From an uncultured Pseudohongiella sp. (GTDB lineage: Bacteria; Pseudomonadota; Gammaproteobacteria; Pseudomonadales; Pseudohongiellaceae): 64,000 nt of DNA. The notes under the pieces are model-generated. The model was not told where the DNA came from and did not search any database. It was given only the letters and a program-made list of their open reading frames with translations. The stretch lies in NCBI GenBank assembly GCA_964343795.1, contig CAYFKD010000003.1:260669-324668 (forward strand), written 5' to 3'. Position 1 is the first letter of the stretch. Every line of letters begins with the position of its first letter. This document shows positions 26,325-34,878 of the stretch, piece after piece. The translations under genes and the position numbers were made by a program.

Positions 26325-28799
26325 TCATGGTGCTTTTATGGTGTTGATAAGTATCGGAGCCGATCCGCTGCTGGCAACCAGTGTCAAATGAGAGTTGTCT
26401 GCAGCCAATACTCCCAATAAAGTAGTTTCTTCCGGCGTACCCGCGCCAATTGTAATCATGGTTTGCCCATCTGATTCGACGCTGTAGTCGAGTTCGTAAA
26501 GTGTAGAGGTTATATTGCCGTCGCTGTCTTCGGTAATTAGTGAGCCACCGCCCATTCCATCCAGGTCTATGGCAAAAAGGACCGTTGAATCGACAATTAG
26601 TGCCCCTGCCACATATCTTCCATTAAGGTCTGCATTAGTCTTTCCGGAACTAAGCTTTTGCCCGCTGATAATCAGGTTTGCAGAGCCGGTGATGGAGGCT
26701 ATATTAAACGCAGAGCCGTCTGCAGCAACTATTCCCTGGAATTCCTGTAGTTCGCCATTTTCATCGACAGTGACATTTAACAGTCCACTACTGGATACTA
26801 TATAGGTTAGTGGAATCGTGACATCGGCTGCAGTATCGCCTTCCTGAAGATCATGGAGCGCCTCAAATCCACCATTACCCGCACCGTCGAAATGAAACGA
26901 CAGGTGCGTGTCAGATTCACTACTGCCGGCACTGGCATAGAAGTCCCCATTAAGTATCGAATTTGACAGCCCGGAACTAATCTTCTGAGCAACCATCAAT
27001 GAAGGTTCATTGTCTGATGATGCCAGCATAAAACTGGTTGAATCTGGACTTACGATCCCAGCAAAAGTTTGTTGTTCAGGGCCCGGTTCCAGCACTAGTT
27101 CGGCCCGATAATTTTGTTTGACGTTGTATTCGATCGCAACACTATCGAGGTTGTAGGTTTCTTCTTCGGAGTAGCTAACGCCGTTCACGATCAAACCGGC
27201 CCCGAGTCCGTCAAAACTCATGGTGGCGACAACATTGGACACGCCATCCGCGGATAGCACGAGAAATTCCCCGGCAAGCAATTCCGCTGCGATATCAGGT
27301 ACCGCCCTTTCGACAACATTGAAATCGAAAGTGCTTCCGTTGGGCGAGTAAGTAATTATCGTACCGGCTCCTGTGGCACCGGATTGTCCGCTGACAACGA
27401 AAAATTCGGTTCGCCAACCAGCCGAATCTGCGATCAGCGGAAAGTAAACCGGCGCAACTCCCGGAGACGTGCTCTCGTCTGAAAGGGGGATTCTCATGAG
27501 TTTCGGTGGGGCATTTTCATCGCCAGACACCCGTGATCTCAGCCCGGCTGTGACTATATTACCTGTGCTGCTGATTCGCAGGATTCCTCCGGCGAATGAA
27601 CTTCCGGTGATGGTCAGATGGTCGGTAGGAGTGAACAATACGCCGGTATCCGCAGGAAGCGGTACGGTGTTGGAGTCAATTAACAGGCCGTCGATACCGG
27701 TGAGTTCAAGCAGTAGACTATTCGTGGTGCCGGAAACGTCATGAACGTAAAAAGCGTTGAGAGTATCACTGCTATCGTTTGTATCATCGCCTTCGATAAA
27801 ATATCTAAATGCGGTGCCAGGAGTAATCTGCGGCACATTGACGGCAGAAGTGATTCTTGCGCTGCCAACAGGTGGATCGAAAGAGTCGGTAATCAATGTG
27901 TAAGCCTTTGGTGACATGCTGCCCTGGTCCGGGATTACCTGGACTGATGCCTGGAAAAGACCGTCTAGAAAACCGTCCGGGAGTTCCGATTCCTGTGGTG
28001 GCTCAACTTCCTTACTTGACCATGCTCCATTCGGGGAAATCGAATAAGTGAATAAGTCGGCAGCCTGGCCGGTAATACTGGTGAATCGCAGCCGCCCGGT
28101 TTGGGTTTCCGAAGTTGTATTTATCAGTATCACAGTGGAATCTGATACATTGCCGTCTATCCCTTCTCCGGCAAGATGAAATGGCAGGAACACGATGTTG
28201 GAATCAGCCTGGGAAACAGGTGCGATCGGTATTGATGAGATAAGCGGCTCATTGGCGCTGTTTTCAAACAAGCGAATTGCCCCTGCGGCTATGGGGACCG
28301 AAGAAGAAAATGTGAGCGTGCCGTCATTAACCGGATTGTTGAATGGTGCTTCATTTAAAAAGCCGGAAAACTGTTGGATGGGAGCAATTTCGATTTGACC
28401 ACTGCTGATCTGGGATTGTGAAGCGTCGCTAAAATAGTATTCCACAGTTGCTGTAGTGTTATTAGGATTCACCAGGGAGATCGCAGTTCGTGCGGAGACT
28501 TCTGTTTCAACAAAGAACCGACCTTCAGATTGCAGATCAACAGCCGGAACCAGCATTTCAGAAAGAAGCAAGTTTCCTGCGGCTAGAGTGAGGACGGCAA
28601 AACCATCAGATGGTCTTCCACTGCCTGTGTGTTGCAGTTTGGCATATCCTGCAAGCAGCGTAGAGTCAGCCCCCGGGGAATTCAGGGTCACCGCTCCGCC
28701 ATCGGGAACTGTAAAATTAATGAATTGGGCGGCTGTTTGAGAAAGTGGTTGACAAAACAGGCTGAGTAATACGAGTAGCTTTAGGAGGTTGTTCTCCAT
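26325..28799 (-). CDS. Large secreted protein of unknown function with three C-terminal repeats of about 105-110 aa
   Basis: I take the start at MENNLLKLLVLLSL (28799; signal peptide). The repeats share FDGxGxG ... FxGIVxxDxSxF ... KxSSGxxNxxLNGxYxA. Confidence 0.7.
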   Translation of the reverse strand: MENNLLKLLVLLSLFCQPLSQTAAQFINFTVPDGGAVTLNSPGADSTLLAGYAKLQHTGSGRPSDGFAVLTLAAGNLLLSEMLVPAVDLQSEGRFFVETEVSARTAISLVNPNNTTATVEYYFSDASQSQISSGQIEIAPIQQFSGFLNEAPFNNPVNDGTLTFSSSVPIAAGAIRLFENSANEPLISSIPIAPVSQADSNIVFLPFHLAGEGIDGNVSDSTVILINTTSETQTGRLRFTSITGQAADLFTYSISPNGAWSSKEVEPPQESELPDGFLDGLFQASVQVIPDQGSMSPKAYTLITDSFDPPVGSARITSAVNVPQITPGTAFRYFIEGDDTNDSSDTLNAFYVHDVSGTTNSLLLELTGIDGLLIDSNTVPLPADTGVLFTPTDHLTITGSSFAGGILRISSTGNIVTAGLRSRVSGDENAPPKLMRIPLSDESTSPGVAPVYFPLIADSAGWRTEFFVVSGQSGATGAGTIITYSPNGSTFDFNVVERAVPDIAAELLAGEFLVLSADGVSNVVATMSFDGLGAGLIVNGVSYSEEETYNLDSVAIEYNVKQNYRAELVLEPGPEQQTFAGIVSPDSTSFMLASSDNEPSLMVAQKISSGLSNSILNGDFYASAGSSESDTHLSFHFDGAGNGGFEALHDLQEGDTAADVTIPLTYIVSSSGLLNVTVDENGELQEFQGIVAADGSAFNIASITGSANLIISGQKLSSGKTNADLNGRYVAGALIVDSTVLFAIDLDGMGGGSLITEDSDGNITSTLYELDYSVESDGQTMITIGAGTPEETTLLGVLAADNSHLTLVASSGSAPILINTIKAP

Positions 28800-29123
28800 A
28801 AACACAAATCCTTTGCGGATTGATCCGAAGAGAGGGGCGCAAGCGCCGCTTTCATTTTTGTAAGTCTTGAAGTTCAGTATAACTATATCGTACCAAAACT
28901 CGAATACCAGACTACAAACAAACTGGTTCTGGTGAACATCAGGGATTCCTGGCCTGATAATGTCGAGCCAAAAAACGGGCCAGCGATTCATGTACCAGCC
29001 CATGCTATGATTACCCGGTCTGGGGCTAGACTATTCCTGTGCTTGACCCGGTACCTGCTCTAAGGATTAAAGTGTTGATTCTGCCCTATTCGTCCGCATT
29101 ACTATGGGGAAGAGGAGTGGACC

Positions 29124-30215
29124 ATGACTGAACACCACTGCGAACATCACCACCAGGAAGAACACCAGGCCCAGGGCCATGTTCCTTCCTGCCATGCCAA
29201 TATCGACAAGCCCGACTGGTTGCTACGCGCCTGCCTGATCGCAACGGTGGTTTTGTATGGCGGCCACTTCCTGTTCCTGGATTTCATCCCGGAGGGTTGG
29301 GCCATGATTCTGGCCCACTCTGTTTTCGAATTGATCAATACCATCTGGTGGGGCGTGGCCATCGGTATCCTGATGATCGCTGTACTGGGGCGCGTACCGC
29401 GGGAATTCGTGATGAGTGCCCTGGGCACGAAAACAGGACTTGGTGGCATCTGGCGCGCAACGTTCGCCGGTGTACTGCTGGATCTCTGCAGCCATGGCAT
29501 TCTCATGGTGGGTGCCAAACTTTATGAACGGGGTGCCAGTGCCGGGCAGGTGATGGCATTCCTGGTTTCCAGCCCGTGGAATTCCTTTTCCCTCACCCTC
29601 ATTCTCATCGCCCTGATTGGTTTGCCATGGACACTTGGCTTTATCGTGTTCTCCATGGTCATCGCGTTCATCACCGGACTGCTATTTGATCTTTGCGTAC
29701 GCCGCGGTGTGCTGCCGCAGAATCCCCAGCAGGTGGACCTGCCGGAAAACTTTCATTTCTGGTCCGCCGCCCGCGCCGGGCTGAAGGAAACAGAGTTCAG
29801 CGGCGCATTTATCTATGACGCGTTGAAATCCGGATTGAAAGAATCAAAGATGGTGGTGCGCTGGATTCTGTTCGGTGTATTACTGGCGAGCCTTGTGCGT
29901 GCCTTCGTACCACCGGAGGCCTTTGCGACTTATTTCGGTCCCACTCTCATGGGGCTCGTTGTCACCATCGGAGTGGCCACCATACTGGAAGTGTGCTCGG
30001 AAGGTTCCACCCCCATTGCCGCGGACATCCTGAACCGGGCCGGCGCGCCGGGTAATGCCTTTGCTTTTCTCATGGGCGGTGTCGCCACGGATTACACCGA
30101 GATCATGGTATTGAAGGATGCTACCCGCTCATTGAAGATGGCATTGTTCCTGCCATTGATCACCGTTCCCCAGGTGATCCTGCTGGGCTGGGTAATCAAT
30201 CTCGCCACCACCTGA
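29124..30215 (+). CDS. Permease (COG0701/DUF318-type) with a His/Cys-rich N-terminus
   Basis: 363-aa multi-TM protein with the N-terminus MTEHHCEHHHQEEHQAQGH. Confidence 0.7.
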   Translation: MTEHHCEHHHQEEHQAQGHVPSCHANIDKPDWLLRACLIATVVLYGGHFLFLDFIPEGWAMILAHSVFELINTIWWGVAIGILMIAVLGRVPREFVMSALGTKTGLGGIWRATFAGVLLDLCSHGILMVGAKLYERGASAGQVMAFLVSSPWNSFSLTLILIALIGLPWTLGFIVFSMVIAFITGLLFDLCVRRGVLPQNPQQVDLPENFHFWSAARAGLKETEFSGAFIYDALKSGLKESKMVVRWILFGVLLASLVRAFVPPEAFATYFGPTLMGLVVTIGVATILEVCSEGSTPIAADILNRAGAPGNAFAFLMGGVATDYTEIMVLKDATRSLKMALFLPLITVPQVILLGWVINLATT

Positions 30216-30223
30216 TTGACGCG

Positions 30224-30691
30224 TCAGTCTTCGCTCTCGTGAAGTATTTCCGTCATGCCCGCGCGGATGCGCTGGGTGGACACACTGACCTCGAACAGGA
30301 ACAGGATCAGTCCGGCGGTGACCAGGCACATGGCGGCTACAAACAATACCGCTACGATGGTAGCCAAATCGAAAGTGACTATCTCGCCGACGAACAGGGA
30401 CATGATCACCAGGCATACCAGCAGGGCACCGGTGACGAACATTCTCAGGGCCCAGTTAACCAGTCGAATGCGTTTCCACAACCCTTCGGTTTCCGATTGC
30501 AGCAGTGTGCGGTGTTCTTCGTGGGGCTCCTGGGCCATCCGGGTTTCCACCACCCGCGCCCGGTCCACGATGCGTCCCAGCCTGATGGACAGCACGTTGA
30601 GCATGCCGGCTATGCCCGCCAGCAGGAATACCGGCGCGACCGCCAGTTGAATGACCGCGGCAATGGATTCGATTGAAGTGGGGGCGTCCAC
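30224..30691 (-). CDS. DUF2721-like membrane protein
   Basis: Motif IQLAVAPVFLLAGIAGMLNVL. I propose a GTG start at 30691 so that the gene does not overlap the upstream gene. Confidence 0.5.
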   Translation of the reverse strand: MDAPTSIESIAAVIQLAVAPVFLLAGIAGMLNVLSIRLGRIVDRARVVETRMAQEPHEEHRTLLQSETEGLWKRIRLVNWALRMFVTGALLVCLVIMSLFVGEIVTFDLATIVAVLFVAAMCLVTAGLILFLFEVSVSTQRIRAGMTEILHESED

Positions 30692-30695
30692 CGGG

Positions 30696-31496
30696 TCAGG
30701 AGGCCGTCGCCCGAGCGTCCAGGTCCTTCCAGTGACGGGCGCCATTGCCGGGAGTGCGGGTGAGATTAATCCAGATCTCACCGGCTGCGATATTGGTTAC
30801 TCCCGCCATCCAGAAGGTTGTGCCGAACAGCACTTCGACGCCAATGCTGGTATTGGACATCAGTATTCCCAACATGACGCGTTCGGTGGCCACAGCAAGC
30901 ATCATGGCGAAACTGCGAATCATCCATTCCCGGTGCGCGCCGAAATTGCGCTGGCGTATGCGCGTGTAAGCCATGGTGAGGGCGAACAGGGTATACATGG
31001 CAAAGAAAGCGGTAGCCATGGATTCATTAAATCCCTGGCCGGTAATTTCCATGAAGGGATCCAGCACACCGATGATGCTGCCGGACAGGGCAGCAACAAA
31101 TCCACAGGCCAGCCACAGGCGTCCGGACCAGCGATGGAAGTTAATGTATTTCTTGCGGATTACCCGAATGAACTGCAACGGGCCGAGACAAAAGATGATC
31201 AAACCAGGAATCAGGTGTGCCCAGGTAGCCACGGGATTGCGTACGTATCGCCCATCGAAGGGATTAAATGTAGCGAGTGGATCGGTGAACTCCATGGACA
31301 TGGCCTCGCCCATGAAGACGGCGCGGCCCAAAATGGAAGTAAGCCCGGTCCACAGCAGGACCGCCACGATCAGCCACCCCAGGATTTCCACGGTCTTGCG
31401 AATCGCCGGCATGGGTGCGGCGGTAAAATCGGATTGCGCTGCTGCAGGCGCGTTTATTCCCGGTGCAGTCAGGTCAGTCATAGTATCCCCCTTCAA
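30696..31496 (-). CDS. DUF2306-like membrane protein
   Basis: 266-aa multi-TM ORF. The start may instead be MTDL at 31481. Confidence 0.55.
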   Translation of the reverse strand: MKGDTMTDLTAPGINAPAAAQSDFTAAPMPAIRKTVEILGWLIVAVLLWTGLTSILGRAVFMGEAMSMEFTDPLATFNPFDGRYVRNPVATWAHLIPGLIIFCLGPLQFIRVIRKKYINFHRWSGRLWLACGFVAALSGSIIGVLDPFMEITGQGFNESMATAFFAMYTLFALTMAYTRIRQRNFGAHREWMIRSFAMMLAVATERVMLGILMSNTSIGVEVLFGTTFWMAGVTNIAAGEIWINLTRTPGNGARHWKDLDARATAS

Positions 31497-31581
31497 TCAG
31501 ACTGGGCCTAGCTTAGCGTTTGGAACCTTAAAATTCTATCAGGCAGCAGAATAGTGCCCGGCACATTGTATTGGATTTTAC

Positions 31582-32094
31582 CTAATTGGATTCCGAGGAC
31601 TGTTCGATTCCCAGGCCTTGTTCGGCGGTATCAGACATGATCAGCAGGGAGAAATTGTAGACGCTGACCAATAACTGAAAGCTGATGGCCAGAACATACA
31701 TTTTCGCGGAAGGAAGGATTAGTAAAGCGCCGAGAAAATTTCCGAAGCAGATGCTGGCACCAAGCGGGAGCATGGCCCGGTGAACCAGGGAAGCGCGGAA
31801 CAGGCCGCCCCGGCTGAGGAAATACCAGATGTTAAGACCCATTATTGTAGCAACCACCAGGTTCCCGAAGCGCCAGGTGAGCTCGCGGTCGTCGAGAAAC
31901 ATAAAGAGCAGGTAGGGGAGCAGGGCCAGGAACATGGCCGAGATGCTGGCCCGCAGCATGGTCTGGAACTTGGTGATGCTCTCGCCTTCCCAGTCGCCGC
32001 GGCGGAATCGAAAAACCGCCACAATGCCGGTAAAGCCGGCCAGGGCAACGGCAAGCTCAGCGACGAGGGAAAGGTATTCCTGGTGTTCCAGCAT
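31582..32094 (-). CDS. Hypothetical membrane protein
   Basis: I take the start at MLEHQEYL (32094). The longer listed ORF would run into the tRNA promoter region. Confidence 0.5.
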   Translation of the reverse strand: MLEHQEYLSLVAELAVALAGFTGIVAVFRFRRGDWEGESITKFQTMLRASISAMFLALLPYLLFMFLDDRELTWRFGNLVVATIMGLNIWYFLSRGGLFRASLVHRAMLPLGASICFGNFLGALLILPSAKMYVLAISFQLLVSVYNFSLLIMSDTAEQGLGIEQSSESN

Positions 32095-32284
32095 AAGGAT
32101 AAGCTGAGTCTTTCTTCTATTAACCGGGTTAGCGGCACAATCACCTATATGCTTCAGTCCGCGGGCATGACCAACTCCCACCAAACCGCTATAATCTCGC
32201 CTCCAAAACCGGTGCCATAATCTATAATGGCGTGGAGGTTTTGGATCAGAGCCCTCGTTTCGCATCGATCCCGTAGCTCAGCTG

Positions 32285-32415
32285 GGTGAGGCTCGCGAAG
32301 TACGCAAAGCAAAGCTTTGCGCGAGCCGAACGACTCGCCATGGATGGCGAGGCTGGGGTAATTTAGGAGTGCTAATGTTGCGCCAGGGATGGCATGTAAG
32401 ATATCTATAGAATCA
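32285..32415 (+). repeat. Structured GGA-hairpin element, copy U1 (candidate CsrA/RsmA-binding RNA module or miniature insertion element)
   Basis: 131 nt, preceded by a decayed copy of tRNA-Arg positions 1-19 (32266-32284). Hairpins are CTCGCCA-TGGA-TGGCGAG (32333-32350) and GCCA-GGGA-TGGC (32381-32392). Confidence 0.8.
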
Positions 32416-32434
32416 CGCGCCCGTAGCTCAGCTG

Positions 32435-32565
32435 GGTGAGCATGAGCGCGATGGAAGCGATAGCTTCCAGCGAAATGCGAACGACCGGCCATGGATGGCC
32501 GGGCTGGTATTTAGAGAAGCACTGAAGTCGCGACAGGGATGTCAGGCAGGAAACTACAGAATCAC
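32435..32565 (+). repeat. Structured GGA-hairpin element, copy U2
   Basis: Exactly 150 bp after U1 and preceded by GCGCCCGTAGCTCAGCTGG (32416-32434, identical to the tRNA 5' end). Hairpins are CCGGCCA-TGGA-TGGCCGG (32484-32501) and GACA-GGGA-TGTC (32531-32542). Confidence 0.8.
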
Positions 32566-32642
32566 GCGCCCGTAGCTCAGCTGGATAGAGTAACTGGCTT
32601 CGAACCAGTTGGTCGGGAGTTCGAATCTCTCCGGGCGTGCCA
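32566..32642 (+). tRNA. tRNA-Arg (anticodon TCG)
   Basis: Hand-folded 77-nt cloverleaf: acceptor GCGCCCG/CGGGCGT, D arm GCTC/GAGT, anticodon stem ACTGG/CCAGT with loop CTTCGAA, T arm GGGAG-TTCGAAT-CTCTC, G73 and an encoded CCA. Confidence 0.9.
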
Positions 32643-32646
32643 AATG

Positions 32647-32675
32647 AAAAAGGGGAGCCAATGGCTCCCCTTTTT
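32647..32675 (+). terminator. Rho-independent terminator after tRNA-Arg
   Basis: AAAAGGGGAGCC-aa-GGCTCCCCTTTTT. Confidence 0.85.
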
Positions 32676-33069
32676 GTTTGGTATGGCTGGAGAATTGATT
32701 CGAACTCCAAAGTTCGACAAATTGCGTGAGCAATTTGGACGGCCGTAGGCCGCCCCGAAGGGGTGAGGAATTTGCGCCAACGCAAATTCTGAATCAATCT
32801 CTCCGGTGGAAGCCGAAGGCTTCCCGAACGGAGGCAGTGAAATGATCAAAGCCCCACTTAGCTAAGTTACTAGTTTATCAGTGTCCCCTGGATACTAGGC
32901 AGCGCAAGTTTGCCGCAATTTTTCCTAGTGATGTCAAATAATCCTCCAAGCTCTGGCCAGAAGTTATTGATGTAGAGGATAGTAGTTTCCAACGAGCGAA
33001 TAGTCATGTTAATCAAGATGACATGGCTAAAGGAAAAGTTTAGGGAAACTAACTTGGGGGAATGGATCT

Positions 33070-34260
33070 CTATAATTCAAGAAATGCCAGCTGCTTTTTA
33101 TTGAGCCTAGTAATATCTATGCCCGTTTTATTTAGTACATAAGATACAACGGAATCCCTGGTGTCTTTCATCATTTGTGACAACTTCTCAACATTTTCAC
33201 ATTCACTGTAAGTCAAAATGTAACTCTGTACAGTAGACTCGATGCGAGATAAGAATCGGGGGTACGTGATCCCTCTTCGTAGCAGATTATCGAAATCTTT
33301 ATAAGCTAACAGCTTTTCTTTGATTTTATTCGCCTGTGGAGTTGTGACCGTGAGACAATACTTCTTATTCTTTTTTCGCCGGCTAATCCCTTGCCCGAGA
33401 AACTCCGCAGTCTGTTCTGGAGTGTAGATTTTGGTCTTACTTCCATCTCCTAATGCGTGAATTTTTAGTTTCACTGACGCCAATAAGTCGGCACATGTAT
33501 CATGAATCAACTTGCAATCCTCTTCTGTTTTTGCGAAGGCTATTATGTCATCAGCATAGCGAATAATTTCGAACCCAGTAGACAGAAGCTCACTATCGAA
33601 ATCCCAAAGCAACAAATTAGCAAGGTATGGGGACAAAGGCATACCTTGCCTTAGGCCAACTCCATTTCGAATACCCATTGCTCGGATCTTCTTTCTATCT
33701 TCGAAAACACTCTGGTTTACCTCCGTATCAATAACGGCATCGAGAAGAGGGAACAATGACGATACCCTTAACTTCATCCGCAACTGCTCCTTGAGTACCT
33801 CGCGTGGAATCTTGTCGAAGAATGAAGAGATGTCAGCCTTGTAAACCCAGGGGTTATCATGTCGTTTCTTCACTGACGCTTTGAGAGCATCTTTTGCAGA
33901 CTTCCCGCGGATGAATCCATAACTGACAGGATTGTCGAAAGAATATTGACCATTACTTAGGAAGCGATACATTGCTCGTTGCACTAATCTATCGCGGATA
34001 AGAGGGATACAGATTAATCGCTCTGTACCTTCAGGTTTTGGAATAAAAACGGGCGTTAATGGACTGAACGTATAGCTGCCGCACCGGAGTAGCTTAGAGA
34101 TTTCTGAAATTTGAAGTTTCTTTGTTGCTTTAAATTCTGAAAGGGACATTCCACTAGAATCGTGAAATCCACGTACTCGAGTATTCGAGGCCCGGAACAT
34201 TTCCGCCCATTCGAATTCTAGAGAATCAATGGTTGAGAATTTCGAGAAAGCTGATGCCAA
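33070..34260 (-). CDS. Stand-alone reverse transcriptase (RT domain only; defence-associated or unclassified type)
   Basis: The 396-aa protein shows RT motifs 1-7: IPKPEGTERLICIP, RDRLVQRA, YGFIRGKS, KADISSFFDKI, LRQGMPLSPYLANLLL, RYADDIIAF, SKTKI, FLGQGI. The start is TTG, and there is no maturase or endonuclease domain. Confidence 0.85.
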   Translation of the reverse strand: MASAFSKFSTIDSLEFEWAEMFRASNTRVRGFHDSSGMSLSEFKATKKLQISEISKLLRCGSYTFSPLTPVFIPKPEGTERLICIPLIRDRLVQRAMYRFLSNGQYSFDNPVSYGFIRGKSAKDALKASVKKRHDNPWVYKADISSFFDKIPREVLKEQLRMKLRVSSLFPLLDAVIDTEVNQSVFEDRKKIRAMGIRNGVGLRQGMPLSPYLANLLLWDFDSELLSTGFEIIRYADDIIAFAKTEEDCKLIHDTCADLLASVKLKIHALGDGSKTKIYTPEQTAEFLGQGISRRKKNKKYCLTVTTPQANKIKEKLLAYKDFDNLLRRGITYPRFLSRIESTVQSYILTYSECENVEKLSQMMKDTRDSVVSYVLNKTGIDITRLNKKQLAFLEL

Positions 34261-34324
34261 TAGGAGTATTTCCTTTACTCATCGAAGCAACTAAGCCCCA
34301 GTTCGATGAGATTTATTGAACTGG

Positions 34325-34471
34325 CACCAAACGCGAAAACAGTACGCACTTCGTTATTCGCGTGACATCAATGGCGAACTTGCTGTAGCGAGAGCTCTCG
34401 CAATTTGGAACGCGCCAATGTTTAGGCTTTCTCGCAACCCGCGAAACTGCACATTGGTATGCGAAATACAC
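34325..34471. repeat. Direct repeat R, copy A (RT-proximal)
   Basis: Identical base-for-base to 34724-34870 (compared by hand). Confidence 0.95.
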
Positions 34472-34723
34472 GGCGCGATTCCAAATGAGAATGCTTATCA
34501 CTCGTATCAAGCTAAGACCGAAATCTCTCATGGCTAGAAGTACCTTAGGACTAAAGCCGCAGAGCATGGCTACGGTGCGTCGAAATTTGACTACTACCTC
34601 GACGAGCTTGACCAGCCGGCCAGCGCACTCCGATACCGCGGCTCCGCAGTCGATCGCGTGAAAGCCGTTGCCGGCCACCCTTGCTTCTGGGGCGAATGAC
34701 CGGACATCGACGCGTAACAAGAC

Positions 34724-34870
34724 CACCAAACGCGAAAACAGTACGCACTTCGTTATTCGCGTGACATCAATGGCGAACTTGCTGTAGCGAGAGCTCTCGC
34801 AATTTGGAACGCGCCAATGTTTAGGCTTTCTCGCAACCCGCGAAACTGCACATTGGTATGCGAAATACAC
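34724..34870. repeat. Direct repeat R, copy B (RT-distal)
   Basis: 147-bp perfect copy. The offset is 399 bp, which equals 133 codons. Confidence 0.95.
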
Positions 34871-34878
34871 CGACAATC

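Larger units (their letters stand above)
34313..34876 (-). other. Stop-free frame coextensive with the R-U-R unit (candidate RT template or ncRNA and repeat-gene precursor)
   Basis: 187 codons with only a TTG start. The stop codons sit 2 codons before repeat B and 3 codons after repeat A, and the repeat is read in the same phase twice. Confidence 0.5.

Noticed and set aside
32391-32415. A GacA upstream activating sequence (TGTAAG-N6-CTTACA) might be associated with the GGA-hairpin units.
   Set aside because: U1 contains TGTAAG, and copy X contains CTTACG, but no copy has both half-sites with the right spacing. I make no GacA-box claim.
32154-32849. ORFs 32154-32492(-), 32405-32797(-), 32539-32748(+) and 32577-32849(-) could be coding.
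   Set aside because: They are translations of the tRNA gene, its duplicated 5' ends (the repeated HPAELRARDS peptide) and the hairpin cluster. They have no coding-like composition and no RBS.
34325-34870. The long direct repeats could be a CRISPR array.
   Set aside because: There are only two copies. The repeat is 147 bp, far longer than CRISPR repeats. There is a single 252-bp spacer and no cas genes. The repeat is in phase with an open frame and lies next to an RT.
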